This document shows, piece after piece, positions 39,607-49,561 of a DNA stretch of 64,000 bases. Where the stretch lies: IMG/VR virus record IMGVR_UViG_3300034272_003223, one strand, 5' to 3'. Under the pieces are notes generated by a model, which was given only the letters and a program-made list of their open reading frames with translations, did not search any database and had not been told where the DNA came from. The stretch's first letter is position 1. Each line of letters starts with the position of its first letter. The position numbers and the translations under genes were made by a program. The stretch is from an uncultured virus (IMG/VR IMGVR_UViG_3300034272_003223). Taxonomy: Duplodnaviria > Heunggongvirae > Uroviricota > Caudoviricetes.

Positions 39607-42600
39607 TTAGAAAGAAGGAATAAATCCAGTAGCTTGAGAAGAAAGACCTCCACCAACTTTTGTAATTGTAATACGGTTGATGAATTTGTGAATACCTCTT
39701 GGGAAATCTAAGAATACGTCAATTATTGCTGTATTTGCAGATAATACCTCTGGGCCATTATTTGTTGTATCAAATACCACAGTGTATGTTGCAATACCTT
39801 GTGCATTCTTCGCTCTCTCCAAATATCCTTCAACTAGAGTTTTAATTCTTAGGCGAGTAATCTCATCATTAAAATCAAATAGGAAGTTGAATAGGATTCT
39901 TTCGATATCTTTTTCAATTGTTGCAAGAGCTTCTCTAACGTGAATGTTGTTAAGAGCTGAATTAATTTTTTGATATGCAGTATTGTTTGTGAATACCATA
40001 ATACCAAAACCTCTTCTTCTAACAATCATATTAAAACCAGCTGGTTCTAGATAGTCTCTGTCTTCTTGTGATAATTCATATTCAACATTAACTACATCAG
40101 AATCTCCGATTATACCGTGTTTACCTGCTACAATTGAGAAAGGTCTGCCGGATTCATACTTATTCATAAATGCATTTGCAACATACGCTGCAGGTGGAAC
40201 TGATTTATTTCTTCCATTGTCATTTACAATTAAGTTAGGCATAAAGTATGCAGCATAAGATCCCATTGGAACTCCATTAACTTCTTCATCTACAAATCTA
40301 AATGTTGTAGTTGGATTAAGATCCAAATTACCACCATCTGCGATATGTTTAGCAGAAACTAATTTTGTAGTTACATCAGCAAATGAAGGTTCAGTTGATA
40401 ATTCAAGTTGTCTAATTGATGGAGAGTTTAGGATAGCTAAACACTGTCCGTTATCTGCTGCAATTTTTGCTAAATAATATTTAGAAGAACCTGAAATATC
40501 TCCTTCAAATGTATCAATAATGTATCTAAAATCTACGATTTCGCCTTCAGCTAACGTCTTAGCGATATTTGTATTTTCATACAACCATCCTAAAATATCA
40601 GATTGACGGGCAGATGTTCCATTAGGAAGTTGAGCATCTCTCATTGTAAATCCTCCTAGTTTTACACCTTTTGCTGCAGTAATATAATTTCTAATACCTT
40701 TATGGAAAATTATATTTGAATCAATATCAATACCAATAATTGTTGAATCACTAGGTACTAACGTTGTAACTACAAAGTTCTTATAGGTTTTTACAGTAGT
40801 TGTTGTGTAACCAGGAACTAAAGCTTTTGTAAACGTGTAAGTTCCACCGCTAACTCCGGTAGTTGGAGTAGATAGAGTTAATACTAAACCTACTTTATTT
40901 GTTACCGTAGTATTTGGTGCAATACCTGTACCAGATACAGCACATCCAATTACAATATTTGCATTTGCTGCGCTTAGCGTAATGTCAGTTGCTGCTGCGA
41001 TAAATGCATCTACTGCGATTCCACTTTCATTAACTGCAGGCACGGCTGGCGTAGGTACTGAACTGTTTGAAATAATATCAGTTCCAGCAACTGAAACAAT
41101 TTTTAAGAATCTTGAACGACCTGCTCCATTTGCTTTAGCTTTAACATAATAGTTAGGCTTTACAAATTCTGTAACTTCTGCTAAATAAGAAGCATTGCTT
41201 GCTGTTACTACAGGAGAAGCATTTCCTACCGTTACTGAAGTTGAACTAAGAACTTTCATCTCAATTTTATTAAGAGAAAGCTTAGTTGTTGTAATTTCAG
41301 CAACGTTATTATTTGCAGCAAGTTCAGCAGCAAAATCAAATACTTTCGTAGTTGAGTTTGTTCCGTGAATGTCTAACGAAAGTTTAACAAAAGTATCAAC
41401 TACTGTAATTACTGGAATAGTTGCGCTCTGGTTAGTTAAAGTAATGTTATCGAAACACTTAATTTTAATATAGTTTTTGGTAACTAAGTTAACTACTTCA
41501 GTAAATCCTGATTCAACTTTAACATATTTAGATGCAGTCGTTCCATTTTGAGTAGTAATAAAACCATTACCTGTTACAATAAATCCGTCATACCATGCTT
41601 TATAAAGTTGAGTACCTTCACGAGCAATAATAATTTGATTACCATTCTCAGTTACAACTCTACATGAATCAGAAATTCCAGTTGTAACTTCAAATACTGC
41701 AGTATTTTTAACAGGAGCTTTATAACCAAGTACATCTAATTTAGCATTAGCATCGGTGTAATCTCCAGTGAAACCGTTATCGATAAAGTAATCTTGGAAA
41801 TCTGCTGCAATAAGGTCCATGTAACCATGTCCAGCTAAATCGATTCTGTGAGAATCCATAGAAGCATTTGCAAATGCAGTTTCAAGATCGATTAATTCGA
41901 TTTTATTTTCATCTAATGCGCAAAATAATTCGGTTTGAGAGAATAGTCTATTGAATACTCTATCAATTGAAATATCTGCACCAGATGCGTCTTTAAATTG
42001 AGGAATTAGTGAACCGTTTACTCTTGCGATATTCTTAACTTCTCTTAAGTTTAAGAATCCGTTAATCTTAGACATAATAATACCTCTTTCATTGAAGTAT
42101 GATTTGTAAACAGGGTCGTTTGCAAGTCTTGCATTATCTGTCCAATCACCTTCTACGGCGATTAATTCGATGATATAGTCAGCAACAATATCATCTGGGT
42201 GAAGATATGTCGGAATAGTTACTTTATCACCACCGGTAACTTTGTAATATTCCTTAATTGTTACATCGTATCCAGCAACATCAGCTAGTTTTGCCCAAAC
42301 AGTAACTGGGCGCTTTCCTAGGTTAACAATAGAAAAAATCTTATTGTCATCTTCTGAGCTCAACGCGTTATTTTTAGTTCTGTTGAACTGGTCTTCGTCA
42401 GCATACCATAATTTCTGTGTGTTAAAGAAACTAGAAAGTGGTTGCTCGAATGCAGATGCAGTAAAGTCTGAATTAAATGATCCAGATTCAGTGTTGAATG
42501 TTGCAAATGTTACTTTGTCTAATGTATCGTCAGTTGGCAATACGTTCAAAGCATAAACTGGGCCTTTTCTTAGCGCTACTTCTAGTGTTCTATGGAAATA

Positions 42601-42819
42601 ACTGCCCTTGCTTTCAAGTTTAGTGTCTCTTTCACCATAAACTGCTAGCGCACTGTTTAAGTCGCTTAAAGCCACAACTGTATTGATTGGTCCTCTTTTG
42701 CTAGATCCGATAACTAATCGGCCAGTTCCTAGAGGTAATGCAATGTTTTGGCTCTCATCGATTTCGACTGTGTAGACGCCACTTGATTTAAAGCGATTGA
42801 GATTTAATTTTTGTGCCAT
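39607..42819 (-). CDS. gp18: contractile tail sheath protein
   Basis: SSGVYTVEIDES, GSSKRGPIN, VPPAAYVA, RDYLEPAGFN, SALNNIHVRE, FDFNDEITR. Confidence 0.92.
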   Translation of the reverse strand: MAQKLNLNRFKSSGVYTVEIDESQNIALPLGTGRLVIGSSKRGPINTVVALSDLNSALAVYGERDTKLESKGSYFHRTLEVALRKGPVYALNVLPTDDTLDKVTFATFNTESGSFNSDFTASAFEQPLSSFFNTQKLWYADEDQFNRTKNNALSSEDDNKIFSIVNLGKRPVTVWAKLADVAGYDVTIKEYYKVTGGDKVTIPTYLHPDDIVADYIIELIAVEGDWTDNARLANDPVYKSYFNERGIIMSKINGFLNLREVKNIARVNGSLIPQFKDASGADISIDRVFNRLFSQTELFCALDENKIELIDLETAFANASMDSHRIDLAGHGYMDLIAADFQDYFIDNGFTGDYTDANAKLDVLGYKAPVKNTAVFEVTTGISDSCRVVTENGNQIIIAREGTQLYKAWYDGFIVTGNGFITTQNGTTASKYVKVESGFTEVVNLVTKNYIKIKCFDNITLTNQSATIPVITVVDTFVKLSLDIHGTNSTTKVFDFAAELAANNNVAEITTTKLSLNKIEMKVLSSTSVTVGNASPVVTASNASYLAEVTEFVKPNYYVKAKANGAGRSRFLKIVSVAGTDIISNSSVPTPAVPAVNESGIAVDAFIAAATDITLSAANANIVIGCAVSGTGIAPNTTVTNKVGLVLTLSTPTTGVSGGTYTFTKALVPGYTTTTVKTYKNFVVTTLVPSDSTIIGIDIDSNIIFHKGIRNYITAAKGVKLGGFTMRDAQLPNGTSARQSDILGWLYENTNIAKTLAEGEIVDFRYIIDTFEGDISGSSKYYLAKIAADNGQCLAILNSPSIRQLELSTEPSFADVTTKLVSAKHIADGGNLDLNPTTTFRFVDEEVNGVPMGSYAAYFMPNLIVNDNGRNKSVPPAAYVANAFMNKYESGRPFSIVAGKHGIIGDSDVVNVEYELSQEDRDYLEPAGFNMIVRRRGFGIMVFTNNTAYQKINSALNNIHVREALATIEKDIERILFNFLFDFNDEITRLRIKTLVEGYLERAKNAQGIATYTVVFDTTNNGPEVLSANTAIIDVFLDFPRGIHKFINRITITKVGGGLSSQATGFIPSF

Positions 42820-42841
42820 TTCGGTCCTACTATTTTTAAGT

Positions 42842-42849
42842 TATTTATT
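42842..42849 (-). promoter_or_regulatory. late promoter AATAAATA inside a nested hairpin; second box GATAAATA at 42896-42903
   Basis: TAAGTTA/TAACTTA inner and GTCCTA/TAGGAC outer inverted repeats, ending 4 nt before the sheath ATG. Confidence 0.7.
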
Positions 42850-42967
42850 TAACTTAGGACTCATGATTTTGGTCTAGATTGTCCTTTGCTATCATTATTT
42901 ATCATCGTAAAGATCTTAGTATATCTAAGACAGTATAAGAAATTACTAAAAACCCAATTACTCACAA

Positions 42968-43456
42968 ATGAATGCAATGAAAAGAACTCCAAAACCTCTA
43001 TCTAGAGGAGAATTAATTAGATTTATTAAGATTGGTGACGTAAAAACTCCCGAATATGGAACTCCAGGGTCGGCTGGTATCGACTTTTTTGTTCCAAATG
43101 ATTTTAAATCAGTTTTTCTTGAGCCAGGCGAATCAGTTTTAATCCCAAGCGGTATTCGTGCAAGGCTTCCTCTACATACAGCCCTAATCGCATTTAATAA
43201 AAGCGGAGTTGCTACAAAAAAGAGACTCCAAGTTGGCGCCCAAGTAGTAGATTGTGATTACCAAGGAGAGATCCACCTCCATCACTATAATTGTGGAACA
43301 ACCGATCAATTAATTTCGCCAGGCGATAAGATAGTTCAGTTTATTTTAACCCCAATTATTAAAGCCAAATTAATTGAATGTCACAGTGAAGAAGAGGTAT
43401 TTCCAACTCAGTCAGAAAGAGGTTCTGGCGGATTTGGTTCCACTGGAACAAATTAA
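42968..43456 (+). CDS. dut: trimeric dUTPase
   Basis: SAGIDF, KSG, VVDCDYQGEI, IVQFIL, RGSGGFGSTG. Confidence 0.93.
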   Translation: MNAMKRTPKPLSRGELIRFIKIGDVKTPEYGTPGSAGIDFFVPNDFKSVFLEPGESVLIPSGIRARLPLHTALIAFNKSGVATKKRLQVGAQVVDCDYQGEIHLHHYNCGTTDQLISPGDKIVQFILTPIIKAKLIECHSEEEVFPTQSERGSGGFGSTGTN

Positions 43457-43485
43457 TTGGTATATTAACCCAAAGTAAGATAAAA

Positions 43486-44865
43486 ATGATAATAAGCTCA
43501 GAATTTAAGCAAGACGATTCTAAACTAGTAGTTTCATATTATGATGATGCAGGTAATGTTGCATATGCGGTAAAGCATATCCACGATGCGGATCAATTCA
43601 ATTGGAAATTGACAGGTCGCCCTTCAGAATATCGAAATTGGGATAATAAATTTGTTGACAAAAGTAAAAGTAAATGGCTTAGCCGATTCAGAATCGAAGA
43701 GCTTATTCAAACCCGTTTTTCTGAAGAAGAACTTGCTCAAATCTATTCTGACCATAATCCAAAGAAATACTTTCTCGATATTGAGATTCAGTTAACTTCA
43801 AACGAGTTCCCTGATCCAGCTAAAGCTGCCATGCCAGTTAACCTAATTTCATTTTGTGGTCCAGATAATGTGACGTATATTCTATCAACCATGAAAAAAC
43901 TTGATAATGAAGCCATTTCTAAAATGGAATCAGAAATCAATGAATATTTAAGTGCTCAAGGCCAGGTCTTTACTATTAAATATATGTTCTTTGAGAAAGA
44001 AGAAGACTTAATGTCAACCTTCTTTCATAGAATTCTTCCTAAACTTCCATTTATTACTGGTTGGAATGTAATTGAGTTTGACTGGAAATATCTAATCAAT
44101 CGCTGTAAGCGCCTTAATATTAAACCAATGGAATCTATGGTTTGTGATAAGCTTATTGGTAAAGGTCAATCTCCAGTTCACTTAGGCCTTCTCGATTATC
44201 TTGAAGTATTTATGAACCTTAAACCAATTAAGGTTGTTGAAAACTATAAATTAGATTATATTTCACAATTGGTGCTTGGTGTAAGTAAATTACATCACGA
44301 TTATGGATCAATGATGGAAGCTCAGCAAGATGTTGAAAACTTCGTAAAGTATAACGCGATTGACGTTATGCTAGTTAAACTAATTGAAGACAAATTAAGT
44401 CTTCTTGATGTAGCATTTGCTATTTCTAAAACTGCACAAGTCGATGTATCAAAAGTCTTTAGTGCAGTGTTTATTACAGAATCCCTAATGTGTCGCCACT
44501 TTTTACGAGATGGCAAGAAAATGGCTTCAGATAAACGCGATCTAGCTGAACAAGTAACGTATGAAGGTGCTTATGTAAGTAAACCTGTTCCAGGTCACCA
44601 CAAATACGTTTCATGTTTTGACTTCTCATCAATGTACCCTAACGTACAAATTCAATTTAATATTTCACCAGATACCTATTTAGGTAAAATGAAACCTGGT
44701 CATACTCTTAAAGAGGATGAAATCTATACAAAAAATGGTACTCTTTTTACTAAGAAAAAAGACTCTGCTGCAAGAGTTATTTTAAAGTCGATGTACGATC
44801 GACGTATGAGTATTAAAGGCCACATCACAGAATTAAAACAAGCAGCTAAAAAAGCAGCAAACTAA
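43486..44865 (+). CDS. family B DNA polymerase, N-terminal part only (exonuclease + palm motif A)
   Basis: FLDIE, TGWNVIEFDWKYL, YNAIDV, YEGAYV, DFSSMYP; ends with TAA before motifs B and C. Confidence 0.85.
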   Translation: MIISSEFKQDDSKLVVSYYDDAGNVAYAVKHIHDADQFNWKLTGRPSEYRNWDNKFVDKSKSKWLSRFRIEELIQTRFSEEELAQIYSDHNPKKYFLDIEIQLTSNEFPDPAKAAMPVNLISFCGPDNVTYILSTMKKLDNEAISKMESEINEYLSAQGQVFTIKYMFFEKEEDLMSTFFHRILPKLPFITGWNVIEFDWKYLINRCKRLNIKPMESMVCDKLIGKGQSPVHLGLLDYLEVFMNLKPIKVVENYKLDYISQLVLGVSKLHHDYGSMMEAQQDVENFVKYNAIDVMLVKLIEDKLSLLDVAFAISKTAQVDVSKVFSAVFITESLMCRHFLRDGKKMASDKRDLAEQVTYEGAYVSKPVPGHHKYVSCFDFSSMYPNVQIQFNISPDTYLGKMKPGHTLKEDEIYTKNGTLFTKKKDSAARVILKSMYDRRMSIKGHITELKQAAKKAAN

Positions 44866-45458
44866 TGCTAAAATGGATAAAAAACAAAATAAACAAATAT
44901 ATGTACGATATTGATGCACTTGCCCAAACAAGAGATTTTATTATGGGCAAAGATTACCAATGGGTAAACACACCAGACGATACTAAAATTGCAACTGTAA
45001 CTAGAGTAATTGATGTATTTAGTCGAGGCGGTCTAATTGCTGCCAAGTTAGAGGATGGCTCAGTTGTTAGTTTAGATGAATTAAACTCTAGGCTTATGGC
45101 AATTATGGATGGACAAGAACCTTTAACTAGAGGCGAATGTATGTCTATTAGAGGACCAATTATTGATCCAAATAAGCCTAAAGCTGAACCTGTACAAGAA
45201 TCAGCGACGCCTCAAGTCAAGGCAGTGATCCAACCAAATCCAAAGTCAGCTGGCATTTTTGAAATGTTTGCAACCGAGGAGTCTCTTCTAAACTTAAATC
45301 TAAGAGTGAACTTACCGTCTATTAATCTATTAAAGATGATGTATAAAAGCTCACAGAATAAATCTGAATTTTTAACTGAATTAGCAAACCATATAAATAA
45401 TCAAATAACAGCAGACCACATTAAAGATGCTCTGTTGAAAAAACTTGATTCTAAATAG
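44865..45458 (+). CDS. hypothetical protein
   Basis: TAATG-coupled to the PolB fragment; no polymerase motifs. Confidence 0.6.
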   Translation: MLKWIKNKINKYMYDIDALAQTRDFIMGKDYQWVNTPDDTKIATVTRVIDVFSRGGLIAAKLEDGSVVSLDELNSRLMAIMDGQEPLTRGECMSIRGPIIDPNKPKAEPVQESATPQVKAVIQPNPKSAGIFEMFATEESLLNLNLRVNLPSINLLKMMYKSSQNKSEFLTELANHINNQITADHIKDALLKKLDSK

Positions 45459-45808
45459 TGGAGCTAATTATTTTACCGATTGAGGTTTCTGACTCAGAAA
45501 AATTAAGAGCAATTTATTGCACGCCAGAAGGCGAACCAATAACAATACAAGTCGATCATGCAAAGGACGCATCAAGCTTTTCCGCAATTAAACGCATGTA
45601 TCAAGAGCTTGGGGTAGAAGACTTAGACCAATCTAGAATATTTAAATTAGGAAAAATAGACAAGGATATTTGCTTTGCAGTTAACATTAGTGGATTAAAA
45701 CCAGAATCAGAGTTAACCAGAGTTCCTTTTTATAAAATAATGCAGGGTGATTATTCAAACTCAAAATTACTTTCTGCAAGCTTCCTAACTATATCATACT
45801 TTGCCTAA
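45458..45808 (+). CDS. hypothetical protein, GTG start
   Basis: TAGTG overlap with the upstream gene. Confidence 0.55.
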   Translation: MELIILPIEVSDSEKLRAIYCTPEGEPITIQVDHAKDASSFSAIKRMYQELGVEDLDQSRIFKLGKIDKDICFAVNISGLKPESELTRVPFYKIMQGDYSNSKLLSASFLTISYFA

Positions 45809-45862
45809 GATCCTTTATCCCCTGCTGTGTAAAAGAGGGTATAACAAAAGGATTAAATATTT

Positions 45863-47056
45863 ATGGCAAAATCTACATTAGATGCATTCGCAAAGTTTAA
45901 TGATTTACTTGAAAAGAAAGTAAAATCTAAAATTGAAATTCGTGGCTTCTCCGATATTGAGGAGTATATTCCAACCGGAAATTATCTACTAAATGCCCAA
46001 ATGTCGGGCTCTCTATTTGGTGGATATCCAAACACAAGAAGTATTGGAATCGCTGGAGATTCAGGTGCAGGTAAAACATTCCTATGTTTAAATGCAGTTC
46101 GTGAATTACAGAAAAAAGACTACATGGTATTTTATATTGATACTGAAGGTGCAATCGACTCTTCGGACTATGTAAAATTTGGAGTTGACTTAACTAAACT
46201 TAAGTATCTTCGTATGGGTCTTATTAGCGAAGTAAAATTCTTCGTTAATGACTTAATTGATACAATCAAAGAAAATCCAGGTCTTAAAATTGCTCTATTC
46301 GTTGACTCTGTTGGAATGTTAGATACTGATAAAAGTAAAACTGACATGGACAAGGGTAAAAATGCAGCGGATATGGGTCTTCGTGCAAAGGAGATGCGTT
46401 CTCTATTTAAGTCCCTAACCCTAGACCTTTCTAATCACAAAGTTCCATTTATTTTTACAAACCACACCTATGCCTCAATGGATCAATATACTCCAAAGGG
46501 AATGTCAGGCGGAGGTGGACCAGAGTTTTCTGCTTCAATTATTTTAATGTTGAGCAAAGGAACGCTTCGCGATGAAAACAAAACGACAACTGGTATTATT
46601 GTTCGTAGTAAAACCAAAAAGAATCGTTTGGCTCGTCCTCTTGATATTGAATTCCATATTTCATTCCATAAGGGTATGAATCCATTCGTTGGATTGGAAC
46701 AATATGTAAGTTGGGAAACATGTGGAGTAGGTCGTGGAGTTATTGTAACACAAAAGGAATTTGAAAAAATGAAAGCTGACGAGCAGGAAATACTGTCACC
46801 ATTTGAATTAAATGGAGAGCAGGTTTATTTCTATCCTAAAAAGCTCGGAAAATCTTATATCGTTCGTCATAACGGTGATGCTGTTCCAGTCAAGGAATTT
46901 TTCTCATCAAGACTATTTACCGATGAGGTCCTAAAACAACTTGATGAAAAAATTATTAAACCAACCTTTAAGTTCCCTGAAACTCAGGATGGAATTGATG
47001 ATATGGAAACAGACGAATTAAACGAAATGACAGAATTTGATGGATCAGAAGATTAA
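45863..47056 (+). CDS. uvsX: UvsX/RecA-like recombinase
   Basis: AGDSGAGKT Walker A, YIDTEGA, FVDSVGML, TNHTY, SGGGG. Confidence 0.92.
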   Translation: MAKSTLDAFAKFNDLLEKKVKSKIEIRGFSDIEEYIPTGNYLLNAQMSGSLFGGYPNTRSIGIAGDSGAGKTFLCLNAVRELQKKDYMVFYIDTEGAIDSSDYVKFGVDLTKLKYLRMGLISEVKFFVNDLIDTIKENPGLKIALFVDSVGMLDTDKSKTDMDKGKNAADMGLRAKEMRSLFKSLTLDLSNHKVPFIFTNHTYASMDQYTPKGMSGGGGPEFSASIILMLSKGTLRDENKTTTGIIVRSKTKKNRLARPLDIEFHISFHKGMNPFVGLEQYVSWETCGVGRGVIVTQKEFEKMKADEQEILSPFELNGEQVYFYPKKLGKSYIVRHNGDAVPVKEFFSSRLFTDEVLKQLDEKIIKPTFKFPETQDGIDDMETDELNEMTEFDGSED

Positions 47057-47384
47057 TTATAAGCTTAAGCCAGAGTTACCGATTAAATACGAATTAAATT
47101 TGCATAGGGTTCTTCCGAGCTACCCAACTGAAACTGATTTTGTAGTTGATATTATTCAGTACATAATTAAGGTTTGCGAAATAAAGAATAAAGAATTTAA
47201 TCCTTCCGACTTAAAATTTTCAGCAAAAACTCTTAAATATGTGTTTAATGAAAATGAGGTAACTCCTGGTTTTAAGGATAAACTAAGAATTGTAATAAAA
47301 AATTTAATGGATGCAGAAACTCTTGTTAAAAAGGGAGAATTTTTGTATATTAATAAAGCAGTATTTAACGAACTGTATAACTAA
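47037..47384 (+). CDS. hypothetical, possible winged-helix protein
   Basis: C-terminal helix plus beta-hairpin (IKNLMDAETLVKKGEFLYIN); between uvsX and helicase. Confidence 0.5.
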   Translation: MMDQKINYKLKPELPIKYELNLHRVLPSYPTETDFVVDIIQYIIKVCEIKNKEFNPSDLKFSAKTLKYVFNENEVTPGFKDKLRIVIKNLMDAETLVKKGEFLYINKAVFNELYN

Positions 47385-47389
47385 AAAAT

Positions 47390-48877
47390 ATGATAGACTT
47401 TAAAGAAAACATCGAGTTGCTAGAAAAGGTTATTCTTAACTTTATTCTAATGGATGACAATAATGAGACCCTAATTAGGCCAAAGAACGTAGAGGCCCTT
47501 GATATTAGGGAAGTTATTCCAAAAATGAAAACTCAGTATTTCAATAACGATGATCTTGGAAATATCTTTAAAGTTGTAAAAAACTATTATAAAGAATATC
47601 ATAAGATTCCATCGAAAACTGAAATTCGAGAAATGCTTAACTTAACAAGTTATGAAATTTCAGATGACACTTTTAATACTCTACTTGGTGTAAATCTTGG
47701 AGAATACAATTATGAGTTCTTAACCAAGTATACAAAATCATTTATCTTAATTAAGAACCTTAACTCATCAATTGTTGATATTTTATCTTTCTTAAAGACA
47801 AGTGAAATAAGTCCAGAAAATGTTAATATTATTACAGATCAGGTTAGAACTAAGCTTAATACAAACTTAAATGTTTCCTTTAGTAATGCTGAGTCTGGCT
47901 TAAATTTCTTTAATGCAGTCGATCACGTTCAGGTTTCTAAAACTGGAACTCCAACTGGGTTTCCATTTTTTGACAAGACATTAGGCGGAGGTTGGAACCC
48001 TAAAACTCTAGTTGTTTTCCAAGGTCGACCTAAGGTTGGTAAATCAATGGTTCTTTCAAATATTGCAGCTCGTGCATTTATGTCAGGCTGTCAAACTGGT
48101 GTTGCAACACTGGAATTGGCTGATACTAAATATATGAAACGTTTAGGATCAAATATCTTAAATATTCCATATAATCAATATAATGAGATTACGTCAAAAG
48201 ATCGTACTCAATTAATTGAAGCTAAAATCGAACAATTTAAACAAAGCGGCTCTCAGCCTGGAGAATTATGGGTTAAAGAATTTGCAACAGGTAGTGCAAC
48301 TGCAGTTGATATTGAAAATTACTTTTTAAAAGTTCAAGAAAGCACAGGAAAGCGTCTTCAAGTTGTAGTCGTAGATTATATTAACTTGATGAGACCTATG
48401 CGCGAGCAAGGAAATACTTATGAGAAAATCAAAGTAATTTCTGAGGAATTGCGTGCAGTAGCTCAACGTAATGAATGGACTATTATTACTGCGACTCAAA
48501 TTAAACGTGATGCAGTAGATGACCAAGATATTGGAATGTCAGATATTGCTGAATCCTTTGGTCTTGTGCACACAGTGGATTCTCTATATGGTCTAATGAG
48601 AGGGCCTATGGAAAAAAGAATTAAAATCAAGGTTATTGCTAACCGTGATGAAGGCTACACAGAAAGCTTTAAAATGTATCGAATGTTCTATGATTTCTCT
48701 AGACTTGTAGAAGAAACTGATCCAGCAAGCGAATACTACTCTGATGACGATGATATTTCTTCAATTGAAGACGATTTGCGTCAACAATATGCAAACGTCC
48801 AAGTTAAACCACAATTGACAGTTGCTCCTAGTATCAAGCAGTTTGGTGAACATGAAGATATTTTAGGAGATTTATAA
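47390..48877 (+). CDS. gp41: DnaB/gp41-like replicative helicase
   Basis: PTGFPFFD, GRPKVGKS, TLEL, VVVDYINLM, TATQIKR, AESFGL. Confidence 0.92.
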   Translation: MIDFKENIELLEKVILNFILMDDNNETLIRPKNVEALDIREVIPKMKTQYFNNDDLGNIFKVVKNYYKEYHKIPSKTEIREMLNLTSYEISDDTFNTLLGVNLGEYNYEFLTKYTKSFILIKNLNSSIVDILSFLKTSEISPENVNIITDQVRTKLNTNLNVSFSNAESGLNFFNAVDHVQVSKTGTPTGFPFFDKTLGGGWNPKTLVVFQGRPKVGKSMVLSNIAARAFMSGCQTGVATLELADTKYMKRLGSNILNIPYNQYNEITSKDRTQLIEAKIEQFKQSGSQPGELWVKEFATGSATAVDIENYFLKVQESTGKRLQVVVVDYINLMRPMREQGNTYEKIKVISEELRAVAQRNEWTIITATQIKRDAVDDQDIGMSDIAESFGLVHTVDSLYGLMRGPMEKRIKIKVIANRDEGYTESFKMYRMFYDFSRLVEETDPASEYYSDDDDISSIEDDLRQQYANVQVKPQLTVAPSIKQFGEHEDILGDL

Positions 48878-48892
48878 AAAAACTACAATATT

Positions 48893-49561
48893 ATGTGGAA
48901 GAAAAAAACTAAAGAAGAGGACCTATTCATTAATGAAGGTGACGATTGGTCAGCTTTAGATGGAGAAGATTTTGAAGGACTTGATCAGCTTGAAGGAGAT
49001 GAAGACGATGAAATTGGACAAGTTGATCACGAATCAATTGATGATGAAGATGAAGCCAGATACCAACAACATCTAAAATTAAAAAGAGAAGATAAGATCT
49101 TTAATAATTCTTGGAATAGTGGTGAAGGAGTTAGTGACGAAATGTATCATAATACTGGAATTAGATTAGATCCAGGTCATACAGATAGTCATCTTTTAGA
49201 TGGTGCATCATATGACAAATACATGGATAAAGTTATCATTGAAAGAGATCTAAACAATATCGCGATTAATGATGAGATTTTAGTTAAATTGATGGACATT
49301 ACCATGGTTGAAGGTAGAAAATTTACAAAACCTGAAATCAATCTTGCCTTTTCTAGACTTTGCGATTTAGTTAGAGAAAATAATAAAACTACATTCATTG
49401 GTCCAATCGATGTTTTAGATTTTGTTTCAATGATTTCTCAAATGGATTTTAAAAGATTGTTTGAGTCTCTTGAATATGAATACAAAGAAGTTCTCTTATT
49501 AGAACTTAATAATAAATTTGGAATACTAGACGGTAAAGTTAGATTTAAAAAACTATTTTAA
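48893..49561 (+). CDS. acidic hypothetical protein; C-terminus possibly gp33-like
   Basis: Very acidic N-terminus; C-terminal helical pattern reminiscent of T4 gp33 (weak). Confidence 0.5.
   Translation: MWKKKTKEEDLFINEGDDWSALDGEDFEGLDQLEGDEDDEIGQVDHESIDDEDEARYQQHLKLKREDKIFNNSWNSGEGVSDEMYHNTGIRLDPGHTDSHLLDGASYDKYMDKVIIERDLNNIAINDEILVKLMDITMVEGRKFTKPEINLAFSRLCDLVRENNKTTFIGPIDVLDFVSMISQMDFKRLFESLEYEYKEVLLLELNNKFGILDGKVRFKKLF

Noticed and set aside
42854..42895. 13-codon ORF after the GATAAATA box at 42896
   Set aside because: ATG abuts the promoter box and would lie upstream of the expected transcription start.
45458..45808. Nudix hydrolase (SAIKRMYQELGV)
   Set aside because: Lacks the G-x5-E and REuxEE catalytic residues; at most a degenerate fold.
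33169..48877. Inteins or self-splicing introns in nrdA, PolB, UvsX or helicase
   Set aside because: Lengths are normal; no C/S...HN-C/S/T splice motifs or homing-endonuclease ORFs seen.
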